Source: an uncultured virus (IMG/VR IMGVR_UViG_3300037245_004243)
Taxonomy: Duplodnaviria; Heunggongvirae; Uroviricota; Caudoviricetes
IMG/VR virus record: IMGVR_UViG_3300037245_004243
Coordinates: 1 to 64,000 of that record
DNA length: 64,000 bases
Strand: one strand, 5' to 3'
The notes beneath the pieces were generated by a model. The model was given only the letters and a program-made list of their open reading frames with translations. It was not told where the DNA came from and made no database searches. Within the stretch, counting starts at the first letter, position 1. Each line of letters opens with the position of its first letter. Of this stretch, positions 19,348-29,293 are shown in pieces. The translations under genes and the position numbers were made by a program.

Positions 19348-20304
19348 ATGAGCCTTGTTTCCAAACAATACGACGATTTCATTTGGGAGCTGAAATTCCG
19401 ACCGACAACACTTGACCAAATTATACTGCCAGACTCTTTGTTCAAGCAGATGCAATCAGTCAAGTCGTCGGGTAAACTTCCAAATATGCTGTTCTCGGGG
19501 CCACCGGGTACCGGCAAAACAACGACCGCCTTTGTGCTGGCCGACGATATGGATCTCTCTGCGATGTATATGAATATGTCGCTTGAGACTTCGATCAATG
19601 ATATCCGCAACAAACTGATGGGATTTGCTTCCAGTGTTAATATGGAAGGCAAGCAAAAATTATTCATCGGGGATGAATTCGATGAGTTGAGCACATCAGC
19701 GATGAAATCGTTAAAGGGTGTCATCGAGAAAATGTCGTCCAATTGCAAATTCATTTTTACCTCGAATCACAAAGGCAAAATCATTGAGCCTATCATTTCC
19801 CGTCTTCAGGAAGTCGACTTTATATTTTCAAAGGAAGACACCGGGGAAATGAAAAAGAAAATGTGGAAGGTCGCATGCCAGATTTGCCAAAAAGAAGAGG
19901 TTCCATTTCAAAAGGCGGCAGTGGCCGAGGTAGTCAAAATGCTTTTCCCTGATATGCGTAAAATCCTCAACCATCTGCAAATGTTATCGCTGCGGGGAGA
20001 AATTACAGTCGATGCCGTCAGTGCATGTGTCATCACTGATACCGAATCGTTTTTTCAATACCTGCGGGACAAGGATTGGCCGGGCATCCGACAGTATATC
20101 GTTGACCTGCCCATTGCCGAGAACGATTTCTATTCGGTACTTTATAACCATGTCGAACGGTATATGCGTGAAGATTTCGTCACCCAAGCCATCGTCTTGA
20201 TTGCAAAGTATCAGTCTGAAGGCGATCATGCGGTTGATGCGCAAATTCCTCTGGCCGCGCTCGCAATCGAGATGATGAATTTCGAGTTCAAAAAAGATTT
20301 TTAA
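19348..20304 (+). CDS. 44: Clamp loader large subunit (gp44-like AAA+)
   Basis: WELKFRP, GPPGTGKTT, DEFD and ISR motifs. Confidence 0.95.
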   Translation: MSLVSKQYDDFIWELKFRPTTLDQIILPDSLFKQMQSVKSSGKLPNMLFSGPPGTGKTTTAFVLADDMDLSAMYMNMSLETSINDIRNKLMGFASSVNMEGKQKLFIGDEFDELSTSAMKSLKGVIEKMSSNCKFIFTSNHKGKIIEPIISRLQEVDFIFSKEDTGEMKKKMWKVACQICQKEEVPFQKAAVAEVVKMLFPDMRKILNHLQMLSLRGEITVDAVSACVITDTESFFQYLRDKDWPGIRQYIVDLPIAENDFYSVLYNHVERYMREDFVTQAIVLIAKYQSEGDHAVDAQIPLAALAIEMMNFEFKKDF

Positions 20305-20703
20305 GGGGAGCAAAATGAAATCTTTTACAATACATGGCATCGATGCCGAGGGCAATATCATTTCTGAATATACATCAAAAACCGGTCACGGTATATCGGA
20401 AATCGAAGCGCAGTTTGACGATTTAAAAAAGAAATTGTATAATGAAGAAATAGACTCAATTCTTATTGGACGGGAGTAAAAATGAAAGAAACTAAAACCG
20501 CTGATCATAGTTTTCAAATCACGATTACTAACGAGCTTTATAAACGGATTAAGGGAGAGCATTCCTTTAAAGCAATAGGCCATCCGGTCGTTTCATATGC
20601 CGTCATCGGCAAATTGATTGAAATTATGGAAAAGCGCCTCCCATCCGTTACACTAACTTTAACCTCGTCAATTCACGCGAGATAGATAAAAGGAGATTGA
20701 AGT

Positions 20704-21138
20704 ATGGAAGATGTAAGAGAAACGGAAGTGAAGGACCTTCGGGTTTTTTATATGACGAATGGGCAAATTCTTTTTGCCGATTTGATCGATGTGAACGACG
20801 AAGACGACTATGTAGTTTGTGGTCCGGTACAGGTTCAGCTCGGTCAGGCACCAAAGCAGATAGGAATGTCAATGGCATTTCCCTTTTCTGATCAAACCTT
20901 GCCGATCAGACTCAATTGGAGACTGGTCACCACGCAAACTTCCCTGGACTGGAATCCTTCGCTGATTCGGGAATATGGCAATTTCTGGCTTGCTGTACAG
21001 AAAAAGGCAGATCATGAAGCATCAGGAATTGAAGTCGTGCCAGCCAATGCCGTGCCGCCGAATCTGAGACGGGGATTGGGTACCGAAAAGAAACCGATGG
21101 GGCCGCGACCGAACATGCCGCCTTTAAAAGCAGTATAA
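20704..21138 (+). CDS. Putative Sm-like fold protein typical of T4-like phages
   Basis: NGQIL.A, P..., PFS and Y...SGI pattern; strong RBS. Confidence 0.55.
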   Translation: MEDVRETEVKDLRVFYMTNGQILFADLIDVNDEDDYVVCGPVQVQLGQAPKQIGMSMAFPFSDQTLPIRLNWRLVTTQTSLDWNPSLIREYGNFWLAVQKKADHEASGIEVVPANAVPPNLRRGLGTEKKPMGPRPNMPPLKAV

Positions 21139-21540
21139 ATTTGACGCCTGGGTCGGATGATAAACCGAAACCCATTGTGTCGCCGCATGGAAGCATAACC
21201 CACCAATGCTTCCATGTGTTAAACTTTAAGGAGAAAAATTATGATCGCATGGAATAAAATCAAACATTCACTTTTTCATTGCCACACTTTCTGGCAGTGG
21301 AAACGCGCATATCAATGCCCTATATGCGGGAAAAAATACCGCTGTTATTGGGACGGCAATGATATCGATGATTGGGGCACTGACATTTGTAACAAATGTT
21401 ACAAGAAAATCGGCGCCGGGAAACTGGACCGTGCCGATTATCCCGCCGATCTGGACGCCCATAAAAAAAGAAATGGGAATGACAGAGTGGAAGTTTCCGA
21501 CCTCGACGCTTACGATGATACACCCTTGGAGGTTTAAAAA

Positions 21541-21906
21541 ATGTCATATCTTGAACACGAACCAGAAAAGGCCGGGGGATGCGGATGCCCATCCTGCGAT
21601 TTATATAACGTGTATCTCAAAGCAGACACCGAATTTAAATCCAGGAAGGCATACCGGACATTTGAATATTTGTTAGACGGCCTCGAACTCGAAGACAAAA
21701 TAAATGAGTTGCAAAAGGACGGGTATGAACTGGTCTATGTCATCCCTGGACCGAGCCCGGTTGTGGTTATGCGATCTGTGCCGCCAATGGCGCCATCCGC
21801 TGTTGATATCATTCAGGAAATTAAAAAACGTGAAGCCACCAAGGACAATGACAATGCTGCCGTCAAGAATCTCGAGGATTTCGAGCCAACGGGAACTCTT
21901 CACTAA
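21541..21906 (+). CDS. Hypothetical protein
   Basis: GGAGG RBS; INEL..DGYELV motif. Confidence 0.65.
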   Translation: MSYLEHEPEKAGGCGCPSCDLYNVYLKADTEFKSRKAYRTFEYLLDGLELEDKINELQKDGYELVYVIPGPSPVVVMRSVPPMAPSAVDIIQEIKKREATKDNDNAAVKNLEDFEPTGTLH

Positions 21907-21943
21907 AATGTGACAAAAGCCGGGCCGGGAGGTATAATAAGGC

Positions 21944-22363
21944 ATGGGAAAAATAGGATTATTTGAATTCACATCAAATTTTGTTGGCGATAAGGTCGAT
22001 CTTAGAAAGCATGCGATGTTTTGGGATTCATATCCAAAATTTATGGTCAACCGGGTGCTATCGATGTCGCCGAAAAGCTGTCATCTGGCCATGTTTATGA
22101 GCCAGCTCGATAATATACCGGATGAGCAACACTTTGCTTTTTTAAATATCGAGTTAGAAAAAGGCACTTATTTCAATTATTATAAACGCAGCGATGAAAT
22201 ACCACAGAAAACCATTGATTATATTCAGGAATATTATCAATGCTCAGAGAGTCGCTGCATCGAGTATATCAGAATGATGTCGAAAAAGCAGATCGACACT
22301 ATTCTCGAGCTTTATAAAAGGAGGGATGAAAGGCCGAAAATTAAGAAAGTGAAAAAGTCGTAA
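21944..22363 (+). CDS. 62: Clamp loader small subunit (gp62-like)
   Basis: Y..FMVNR.LS and I.EYY..S...C.EY motifs; directly upstream of regA. Confidence 0.85.
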   Translation: MGKIGLFEFTSNFVGDKVDLRKHAMFWDSYPKFMVNRVLSMSPKSCHLAMFMSQLDNIPDEQHFAFLNIELEKGTYFNYYKRSDEIPQKTIDYIQEYYQCSESRCIEYIRMMSKKQIDTILELYKRRDERPKIKKVKKS

Positions 22364-22405
22364 ATAACTGTGAATGAAAAATTAATTATCTGAAAGGGGA
22401 AAATT

Positions 22406-22798
22406 ATGTCTGACAAGAAATATGGCATTGAAGTTAAATTGCTTTCTGACTTCCTGGTCATAAAAGAAACTCTGGAACGAGTCGGAATCGCTAATCGGAA
22501 AACGTGTGTTATCACGCCGAGCGTTTATATCCTGCATAAGCAAGGCAAGTATTTTATTATTCATTTTAAAGAATTGCTTGCTATGGACGGATTCAAGCGG
22601 GAAATCAACGACACGGATATTTGTCGCCGGGACGCCATTGCTTCATTGTTGGTGAATTGGGACATGATTGAAATTGAAGAAGACGGCATATACCAAACGG
22701 AACTGGAAGAGCAAATTTTCGTGCTGCCTTATGCCGAAAAAAAGGATTACAAAATCAATCATAAATACCGAATATCGAGACGCAGAAATGGATCATGA
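22406..22798 (+). CDS. regA: Translational repressor RegA
   Basis: DFL.IKETL.R.GIA, ILHKQGKYFI.HFKEL..DG and RR..IA.LL..W motifs. Confidence 0.96.
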   Translation: MSDKKYGIEVKLLSDFLVIKETLERVGIANRKTCVITPSVYILHKQGKYFIIHFKELLAMDGFKREINDTDICRRDAIASLLVNWDMIEIEEDGIYQTELEEQIFVLPYAEKKDYKINHKYRISRRRNGS

Positions 22799-23223
22799 TC
22801 TCTATCTTGAATATCGGGAAATTTCTTCTGTCGCCGAGGGTGTAGAAATCGGTGAATCGAAACCGAGTCAGGAATATCATATCCTTGTGCGCCGGAAAAA
22901 GTTTATTCTCGTCACCCATTTTTTCTGGCAGAAATGTGAATTCTGCCGTTTGGAAGACGATCACGGAATTGTTAATTTGAAATAATGAAAGGGAAAACAT
23001 GAAAACGATTAAACGGACAACATCGACATTTTCACAAAAAGATCTCGAAGTATTGGCCACGCGCCATATGACCGGTGACGCCGAAATGATGAAAGATCAA
23101 CCTTTGATAATCAAATGGGATAAATTAAATCAAAATATATCCCTTGAGATTTCGACTGAGGTTGTAGTCGCCACAAAACCGGTCAAATCCAAGGTCGAAT
23201 TTCCGATTTTCAAATAACTTGTT

Positions 23224-23300
23224 GCGGGATTAACTCAGCCTGGTAGAGGTGCCGCCTTCCAAGCAGCACGCCGTTGGTTCGAATCCAACATCCCGCTCCA
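23224..23300 (+). tRNA. tRNA-Gly (TCC)
   Basis: Cloverleaf, anticodon loop CT-TCC-AA, T-loop TTCGAAT, encoded CCA. Confidence 0.9.
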
Positions 23301-23306
23301 TTTCAT

Positions 23307-23379
23307 TCCGAGATAGCTCAGATGGAAGAGCTCGAGGCCGTTAACCTCGTTGTCGCAGGTTCGAATCCTGCTCTCGGAG
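23307..23379 (+). tRNA. tRNA-Asn (GTT)
   Basis: Cloverleaf, CGAGG-CCGTTAA-CCTCG anticodon arm, G73; CCA not fully encoded. Confidence 0.9.
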
Positions 23380-23388
23380 CAATTTTTC

Positions 23389-23464
23389 GGGGGGGAAGGC
23401 AAAATGGTGCGCCGCATGGATGTGGCCCATGTGTTACGGAGTCCGAATCTCCGCCCTCCCTCCA
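23389..23464 (+). tRNA. tRNA-His (GTG), atypical
   Basis: G7/CCCTCCC acceptor, CATGG-ATGTGGC-CCATG anticodon arm, T-loop TCCGAAT, TCCA end. Confidence 0.75.
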
Positions 23465-23477
23465 ACAACATTTTTTT

Positions 23478-23566
23478 GCGGGGGTGCCCGAGTCTGGCTT
23501 AAGGGAAGGGATTGTAAATCCCTCGTCATTGCGACAACGGTGGTTCAAATCCATCCTCCCGCACCA
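23478..23566 (+). tRNA. tRNA-Tyr (GTA)
   Basis: AGGGA-TTGTAAA-TCCCT anticodon arm, long variable arm, ACCA end. Confidence 0.92.
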
Positions 23567-23614
23567 TAGTACCTTGTAATATTTACAAAAAATCGCAAAT
23601 AAGGCGGTACCCAA

Positions 23615-24148
23615 ATGTCACATCATGTAGAAAATGCTCGCCCTGGAAAAATAGAAGAATTTATTCAGGTTATTCGGTTTGGCAAGAAAATGAAAAAGCC
23701 GAAACATATTAAGAAGACCAAGAAAGACAATCCAGGAAATGCCTGGGGCCATAAAAAGCGACACTATGAATTTGAAACCAAACTGGGTGTAATATTCAGT
23801 CTCACTTTCCATCCTGGGGCCGAGGAAAATCCATCTTGTAGAATGAGATTGGAAATAATCGATCCGGAAGTACCCGAAGTGCCAGACCCTGCATATGATC
23901 CGGCACGTCCTAAAATGGTATTTAAAATGAGAGATATCAGGTTATGGACACCGGAAGAAATAATGCGTTTTATGATTGAATATTTGAAAGCGCCAGATCA
24001 GGAAAATTGGGATCAAATTTTTGGGCCGGAACCTGTTATCGCCAACAATATAGATTCTGATGGTAATTCCGAACGGGTATTGAAATCCGAATCTAAAACC
24101 GAGACCGATCTTACATCTGATGCCGTCAAAGATTTTTTTACTGCATAG
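23615..24148 (+). CDS. Hypothetical protein
   Basis: 177-aa ORF following the tRNA cluster. Confidence 0.6.
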   Translation: MSHHVENARPGKIEEFIQVIRFGKKMKKPKHIKKTKKDNPGNAWGHKKRHYEFETKLGVIFSLTFHPGAEENPSCRMRLEIIDPEVPEVPDPAYDPARPKMVFKMRDIRLWTPEEIMRFMIEYLKAPDQENWDQIFGPEPVIANNIDSDGNSERVLKSESKTETDLTSDAVKDFFTA

Positions 24149-24151
24149 CAT

Positions 24152-24198
24152 AATAAACCTCAAGTTTCCTTGACATAGGCCGAAGTATGGTTTAGTAT
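24152..24198 (+). promoter_or_regulatory. Early promoter cassette, copy 4
   Basis: ATAAACCTCAAGTT + TTGACA(24170)-N17-TAGTAT. Confidence 0.85.
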
Positions 24199-25249
24199 TA
24201 AGAATAAACCAACGCAAAGGAGACTTGAATATGACTAAAATTAAAATGGCCGTAAAAATAGCATCCGCCCTTTTGAACACCCAGGTCGACAAAACCAATT
24301 GGAAAGTAAACGACCTGATGCGCCGCACCAAAGCCGATCTCGCCAGCCATATGTATTTGGCTGACAAAATATTAACCGGGGATGACAAATGGAATTCGGG
24401 GTATTAAAATGAACCACACATCCTCAAATAGACGCCTAATGTCCGGCATCGCCTTGGCGCTAAATTATCCGACCGAGTTTGATCTTATCAGATATGATCC
24501 ATTCGGGAAAACACGCACTCCCATCGATGGAAAAGGCGTATATCACGTCCGATATCTCGAGAACATCCAGCCGGGTGGATTCAGCTTTGGATGGCGCCAA
24601 CTCGCCCTGGACGAGGCATTTGTACGCTCTTGCATGACCACATTAGGGCCGAAGGCCTGGATTGCACCAACTAAATATGAGGAGGTATTTATATAATGGC
24701 AAAATTTATGATCACCATTTTATTGATTTTTCACATGGGATTTGGATTCCTCGCAACCATATTTTTAATCGGATTGGCCATCGTCGCGGGAGTTATTGAT
24801 GAGGTATTTTCATGAAAATCAACTTCGAAAACATCAAAAAAACTCATATTGAAGTTGGAAATAAGCGATGGTATCCGAAAACTCTGTTCGCATCGTTCAT
24901 AAAAGAAGACACCCATGTTTATGTGGGGAATGGGCGATGGTATCTGAAGGCGCCGCCACCACCGCCGTTGAGAGTCCGCAAGGAGGATGTTAGCCCATCG
25001 GCATTTTTCGGTATATCCGCAGTTGTAATAATTTCTTTATGTAGCCTGGGTGCATTTATTTTTTCATTATTCTAAAGGAGAGACATGAAAACAGATCAAC
25101 GCCTGGAAGAGTTAAGTGATTTAGTTAGGCAGGGCACACCAATAAATTTTATGGACGCCTTTGCTGTTATAGAATATCAAACAAACCTACCGCCCAAACA
25201 AAAAACCGGGATAATAGCCTGGATGAAAAAATATTTTACGAATTTATTA

Positions 25250-25297
25250 AAATAAAGCTAAAGTTTCCTTGACACGTGCCGATAACAGTTATAGTAT
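25250..25297 (+). promoter_or_regulatory. Early promoter cassette, copy 5
   Basis: TTGACA(25269)-N17-TAGTAT with the GCCGATAACAGT spacer. Confidence 0.88.
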
Positions 25298-25331
25298 GAG
25301 AGAATAAACCGGCAAACAGGGAGAAATAAAC

Positions 25332-26576
25332 ATGATAGAAACACTCGACATTCAGGCTTATAACAAAGCCGATCTCGCCGACAAGATCGCCAAATTAAAC
25401 CGGAAAGCCATAAAAATCGGATGCCCTGAAATCACGCTGACCTTCGGGGACGATATAGTAACAAAATGGACCGATGAGTTTGGCCGGAAACACGTACAGG
25501 TATCAGTACCTGCCACCATCGATTACGAAATTCCTATTATAGACGGATGGAAACTGATAAGCACCTTCGATATTTATGCCGCACCAGAATCGGTAGCCAC
25601 CTCATCGGTAGTAACCACCTCAACCGTGCCGGGAGAAACGGTACCGACCGAATTCCTGAACAAAACCGAAATTCACTGCGACCATTGCGGCCACGACCGA
25701 CGCCGGAACCACAGCATGCTGATGCAAAACGTTGATACCGGGGAATATAAGGAAGTAGGCAGCACCTGCGTAAAAGACTTTTTCGGCCACGATCCGGTAG
25801 CATTTTTGAGATGGGCAAGCTGGACTTTCGAAGGCATCATCAACGAACTTCCTGAAGAAGAAGGGTTTGGGAAAGGCGGCGGATGCAATATTACCGACCT
25901 TAAAGAAACCCTGATTTACTCTTCCGCTACCATCCGCGACTTTGGCTGGATGAGCAAGGGCAAGGCATACGAGCGAGGCGAAAGCTGGAACACCGCCGAC
26001 GAGGTAGAAAACCAAATGTTCAACGCAAAATACCTCAACGCTGATCAAAAAGTAAAAATCATCGACCGGGACGCCGATGTAGCCGACGCCACAATCAAAT
26101 ACTTTTCTGAACTTACCGACGCCGACCTTACCAACGATTACATGGCCAATTGCCACAAAATGACCGTTCTCGGATATGTACCTAATAAACATATGGGATT
26201 GGTTGTAAGCATGGTACCGAGCGCTCAACGCGCCCTGGCCGAGAAAAAAGAAGCCGCCGCTGATACCTCTGAATTTGTAGGCAGCATCGGGGATAAACTG
26301 AAAGGCATCGAGGCCGAGGTAGTATTTTCTAAAGAATTATTTTCAGACTTCGGAGTCAAAATACTTTACATTTTCAAAGGCGCCGACGGAAACGCATACA
26401 AAACCTTTTATACCGGAAACAAATGGAATGCATATGAAGGCGACAAGGTAATCTTGAACGGTACCGTAAAGGCGCATGACGAGTATAAAGGCAAAAAAGC
26501 CACCATGCTTACCAGATGCTTTGCCAAGGTAACCAAGGACGGAGCGCCGGAAGCCATCGAAGCCAACGCCGCATAA
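25332..26576 (+). CDS. Conserved phage protein with Zn-finger and C-terminal OB-like fold
   Basis: CDHC...R.R...VGSTC..DF motif; C-terminal FVG.IG.K...GTVK.H.EY.G...T.L.R. Confidence 0.75.
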   Translation: MIETLDIQAYNKADLADKIAKLNRKAIKIGCPEITLTFGDDIVTKWTDEFGRKHVQVSVPATIDYEIPIIDGWKLISTFDIYAAPESVATSSVVTTSTVPGETVPTEFLNKTEIHCDHCGHDRRRNHSMLMQNVDTGEYKEVGSTCVKDFFGHDPVAFLRWASWTFEGIINELPEEEGFGKGGGCNITDLKETLIYSSATIRDFGWMSKGKAYERGESWNTADEVENQMFNAKYLNADQKVKIIDRDADVADATIKYFSELTDADLTNDYMANCHKMTVLGYVPNKHMGLVVSMVPSAQRALAEKKEAAADTSEFVGSIGDKLKGIEAEVVFSKELFSDFGVKILYIFKGADGNAYKTFYTGNKWNAYEGDKVILNGTVKAHDEYKGKKATMLTRCFAKVTKDGAPEAIEANAA

Positions 26577-27108
26577 CAATAACGGACGGGGGATGCCGCC
26601 GAAGGGCATCCCCAAAGGAATATTATAAAATGATTTCAGTAAAACCTAAACATAAACCGCCACCGGGAATACCAACGGAAACGCCCGATCCCGAGCCGAC
26701 TAAAAAATTCGGAGGGGGATGGGGTGCCGCCGCCCCTATAGATCATAACAAAGGAACAGGGACGGAAAACTATTGCAAGCCCGATATGATGTCGATGTGC
26801 ACAGCCGGGATTAAATGGAAAGATCATATCCGCTGCAAATACGCTTATAAATCCCAACATAATAATCGGTGCCAGCATTTTGTAATGCATTCAAACTGCG
26901 ATTCCCTGGAAGCGCAGAAAAACTCATAACAAGGAGAATTGAAAAATGTGGAAATTTATTAGAATAATAAAACGGATGAACAGCAAAGTGGTTATGATAT
27001 CAGAGGACGGCAAATCCTGGAGACCTCTGGAATCGGCTTATGGCCTGGAAGGGGATTTCGATATTCGGTTTGACCTGAAGAATATCCAGCCGACGACGAA
27101 ATAAATTA

Positions 27109-27156
27109 AAATAAAGCTCAAGTTTTCTTGACTTAGGCCGATAACAGTTATAGTAT
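27109..27156 (+). promoter_or_regulatory. Early promoter cassette, copy 6
   Basis: TTGACT(27128)-N17-TAGTAT with the conserved spacer. Confidence 0.85.
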
Positions 27157-27186
27157 TAGAGAATAAACCAACGGCAACAAGGAGAC

Positions 27187-27471
27187 TTGAATATGAGCGA
27201 CCTGAACGAAAACGAGCTAAAAGTACTAAAAAGCCTGGTAAACTCCAGCGCCTGTAACGGCCACGATTTTGGCTGGACCGACGAATATGAAGACTGCGGA
27301 TTGACCGCGCACCAGATGGCCGGGTACATTGGCCAGCTTTCAACAAAAGGGTACATCCGCTGCACCGACCTTTCCGATGACCCTGGGGTAGAATGCAATT
27401 CTGTAGAATTCGATTTCACCCTGAAGGCAGAGGCCATCCTTGACGACGTATATGTAGACCATAACCATTAA
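27187..27471 (+). CDS. Small winged-helix-like early protein
   Basis: L.E.E..VL...G.I..L..KGYI pattern; first gene after the promoter. Confidence 0.6.
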   Translation: MNMSDLNENELKVLKSLVNSSACNGHDFGWTDEYEDCGLTAHQMAGYIGQLSTKGYIRCTDLSDDPGVECNSVEFDFTLKAEAILDDVYVDHNH

Positions 27472-27532
27472 GAAAGACACCGGCCAGCCAGAGTCCACCC
27501 CGCGACCTTGGCTGGCCGGGAGGAGTTATAAA

Positions 27533-27865
27533 ATGAGAAATAAATATTCTGAAGAAGACCGGCTGATCGCCCTGGCAATGTATAGAAGCAAAAAGCTCGA
27601 AGTAGGACTTTTTAGCATCAAAAAAATTGCTGAACTGACCGGTCATAGCGCCGCCAGCTTTAGCATGAAAGTTGACCAATTCAAAGGCATCGCAGGGCGC
27701 CGCCGCAAAACCTATGTCGAGGGTCGCGATAATTGCAAGCCGGGCCTCAACGAATGGGCAGAGGAAGACGAGCGGATCTGGAGCGAATTTGCCGCCACCA
27801 ATAGCACCGATATTATCAATCTGGCCAAAATTATCCTCAATAATAAATTTCGGGAGACTAAATAA
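27533..27865 (+). CDS. Protein resembling the N-terminal domain of HNH restriction endonucleases, without the nuclease domain
   Basis: YS.E...IAL..Y, IA...G.S..S..MK...F and GL......D..IW.EF pattern. Confidence 0.5.
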   Translation: MRNKYSEEDRLIALAMYRSKKLEVGLFSIKKIAELTGHSAASFSMKVDQFKGIAGRRRKTYVEGRDNCKPGLNEWAEEDERIWSEFAATNSTDIINLAKIILNNKFRETK

Positions 27866-28366
27866 TGAATAAACTTACAATTCATCGAGAATCGGTTATC
27901 GAAACCGCCGTGAATACGAATTCGGTTAAATATTTAATCGAGGACGGGTATTTTGATTTAAAAAGTCATCCCAAAAACGAATATCATCGCGCATTAGAAA
28001 AACTTATATTCCAGTACGCTTGCTTTTTTGAACTGGATGTGGAACCATCTGCCGCCGCCGAGAAAGCCTGGGAATTAGCCTGTAGCAACGGGCATGATCT
28101 AATGGCGGTTTATGATTGGATGGAAGAACTGGCCGAAATTTTAAAGGCTATAAATGAAGAATTTATTCGGGTAAATTAGGGAGAAATAATGGACAAAATC
28201 ATTTTTGATATCGCAGCACTTCACGGAAGGGATGCCGCCAAGCTCGCCGCCAATATGATAATTGATGAATATAAGGAATCTGATCTGAAAGATCGCCGGG
28301 ATTATATTGGAAAACATCTCCAGACTAAAATGTCCCTTGAGGGTTATCAAATTCCGAAAGGAAATT

Positions 28367-29293
28367 ATGAATATAAATAAATTATTAAAACTTTTCTATA
28401 ATACCGGATTCCTGGACGGGGAAAAGTTGAAGCATCTGATGCCGGTAATCGATCAGGTTAAAAATACGATGGATATTTTATACAACCAGGGTCTTTGGGA
28501 TGTATTCCGGTTTTATACCGAATACAAAGGCAAGGAATTAAAAGCGCATATCTCCCGCATACATTTATGGGATGGTCTTTGGTTATGCCAGCACCACGCC
28601 GGGTCCGATGGATATGGTTTCAAAGTTTTGGCTGATATGATACGCGATTCAATCGCCGATAACACCGAAAACATCAAATATTTTTCTGCTTTCTATCAAC
28701 CGACCAAGCCGTTTCCTAACGCGATTTATGGGGACGTATACCGTGAAGTCAACGACGATAGCCTTATTACGGAAACGCCTTATGGGTATGCCTATTTAAA
28801 ACCAGTACCAGGCATCGGCCTCTCACAGCGCACCGTGATGACCGACCGTGAAGATACCAAACACTGGCCGGTATTAAAGCATTCGGTCAAGCAAATATTA
28901 TCCCACCTGGGTCCGATGGGCCTGGGCCGACAAACCTGGACCGAAGCCGGATTTACGAAACACCGGGAATTGAAAGCCGGATGGGACGCGAACGCCCAAA
29001 AAGATTTACAAAACCACCTTGACAATCCATACAAACCAACAATCGGGGCCGTGTACCATAATTATTCCGCGCCGGGTATTAACTTTTCATCGTATACCAA
29101 CAGCACCGTTTTGGAACTTCTAAAACCGGTCACGCTGTCTGATATTTCATCTCTTATCCGCGAGGACGTGCCGGTTATGTGGACGCCATTAAATTATTTG
29201 CTTGACGTCGAGCCTGAAAAGGTTTACCATTTCTGGAAGGCCAAAATTGATCGGCGCCTTTGGAAATATTTTTCTGCACTGGAAGGACTATAA
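28367..29293 (+). CDS. Putative GNAT-like protein
   Basis: F..TGF....K and HIS.......WL.QHHA motifs, recalled from deltaproteobacterial proteins. Confidence 0.45.
   Translation: MNINKLLKLFYNTGFLDGEKLKHLMPVIDQVKNTMDILYNQGLWDVFRFYTEYKGKELKAHISRIHLWDGLWLCQHHAGSDGYGFKVLADMIRDSIADNTENIKYFSAFYQPTKPFPNAIYGDVYREVNDDSLITETPYGYAYLKPVPGIGLSQRTVMTDREDTKHWPVLKHSVKQILSHLGPMGLGRQTWTEAGFTKHRELKAGWDANAQKDLQNHLDNPYKPTIGAVYHNYSAPGINFSSYTNSTVLELLKPVTLSDISSLIREDVPVMWTPLNYLLDVEPEKVYHFWKAKIDRRLWKYFSALEGL

Noticed and set aside
23235-23614. ORFs overlapping the tRNA cluster
   Set aside because: Spurious translations of tRNA genes.
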